Source of the DNA: Hemiscyllium ocellatum
Taxonomy: Eukaryota
NCBI RefSeq assembly: GCF_020745735.1
Contig: NW_026868014.1
Coordinates: 1 to 64,000, forward strand
DNA: 64,000 nt
Direction: 5' to 3'
Shown: one piece after another, positions 63,470 through 64,000 of the stretch
Layout of the letters: every line of letters begins with the position of its first letter
Numbering within the stretch: position 1 is the stretch's first letter
Translations under genes and position numbers: made by a program
Notes under the pieces: generated by a model
The model's database searches: none
Told to the model about the DNA's origin: nothing
What the model saw: only the letters and a program-made list of their open reading frames with translations

Positions 63470-63814
63470 TCTTTTTTTTCTTCTTTTTTTCTTACTTACA
63501 TGTGGAGAGTCCTTGACACTGATCCAGCTCCCTCAGAGCCAGCTCTCAGAATGTTCAGAACCCCTAACATGCCTGTTTTATTTCACCCCCACACTGCCGC
63601 CGAATGCAGGGGAGCTTATTTTTTTCCCCAGCACCCATGGTGTGTGTGTGTGTAGGTGTGAGACACAGTGAGAGACACAAAGCGCCCGAATCTTTATTCA
63701 ATTTCCACCACCAGGAAGATAGGAAAACACCCGCGTGGCCAGTGACAAGCAGTGCACTTCACATCAAAGGGCAATGTTGTGTGATCAAACAGTGAAGGGG
63801 AGGGCAGGGATTAA
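63470..63814 (-). mobile_element. 345-bp retroposed insert with A-rich tail and 15-bp TSD; right-arm specific
   Basis: GACACTCCTCTTTTT at 63455-63469 and 63815-63829; single copy at the empty site 2546-2560; T-rich tract 63470-63495. Confidence 0.85.
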
Positions 63815-64000
63815 GACACTCCTCTTTTTATCTGTCCGCCAGGACTCCTTGATTGGACAAAGTTAACTGTCCCTGTCAGGGAACTCATATTTTATCAAAA
63901 AGAATAAACCATTTATTGAACAAGGAGCCCAAGAGCTAAACGACACGAGACAAAATGAATGGTTTGAAATATTTCATCATGGGCACCACAAATAAGATTT

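Larger units (their letters stand above)
41430..64000 (+). repeat. Right arm of large inverted segmental duplication; homology runs off the window end
   Basis: The last bases (ggtttgaaat...aaataagattt) still match the reverse complement of ~2381-2420. The inner limit was traced to ~41430, matching ~25330. Confidence 0.93.

Noticed and set aside
66-63795. Remaining 60-180 aa ORFs in the six-frame track as host genes
   Set aside because: They fall in SINEs, LINE fragments, low-complexity tracts or antisense to Ig exons, and show no recognisable domains or splice-consistent structure.
2381-64000. Inverted duplication as a haplotype or assembly artefact
   Set aside because: The arms differ by roughly 10-30% in flanks and by many arm-specific insertions with TSDs and clean empty sites, far beyond allelic divergence. 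Orientation still merits read-level confirmation.

Overview
Repeat-dense vertebrate DNA from a cartilaginous fish, probably a shark (inferred from the Ig sequences and repeat families). The window holds two unrearranged (split) kappa-type (nurse-shark NS4/type III-like) immunoglobulin light-chain clusters, each leader-V-J-C. They are arranged head-to-head as the two arms of a roughly 23 kb inverted duplication (about 2.4-25.3 kb mirrored by about 41.4-64 kb) around a roughly 16 kb spacer. The plus-strand cluster (L 48206, V 48441, J 49251, C 61134) looks intact, has consensus 12/23 RSSs and has an unusually long germline V 3' end. The minus-strand cluster is disabled in V (two stops), J (FGxG change, lost splice donor) and C (two mutually compensating frameshifts), yet its promoter is essentially identical to the intact one and its J RSS is consensus. 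The rest is nested retroelements: CR1 LINE fragments, HE1-like and Deu-domain SINEs, a fragmented Gmr1-like Gypsy element, and short elements carrying hammerhead-ribozyme-like cores with 13-16 bp target-site duplications. There are also minisatellites, an interstitial telomeric tract and a foldback palindrome. All alignments were done by eye: repeat boundaries and flank identities are approximate, while Ig exon and RSS coordinates were counted base by base.
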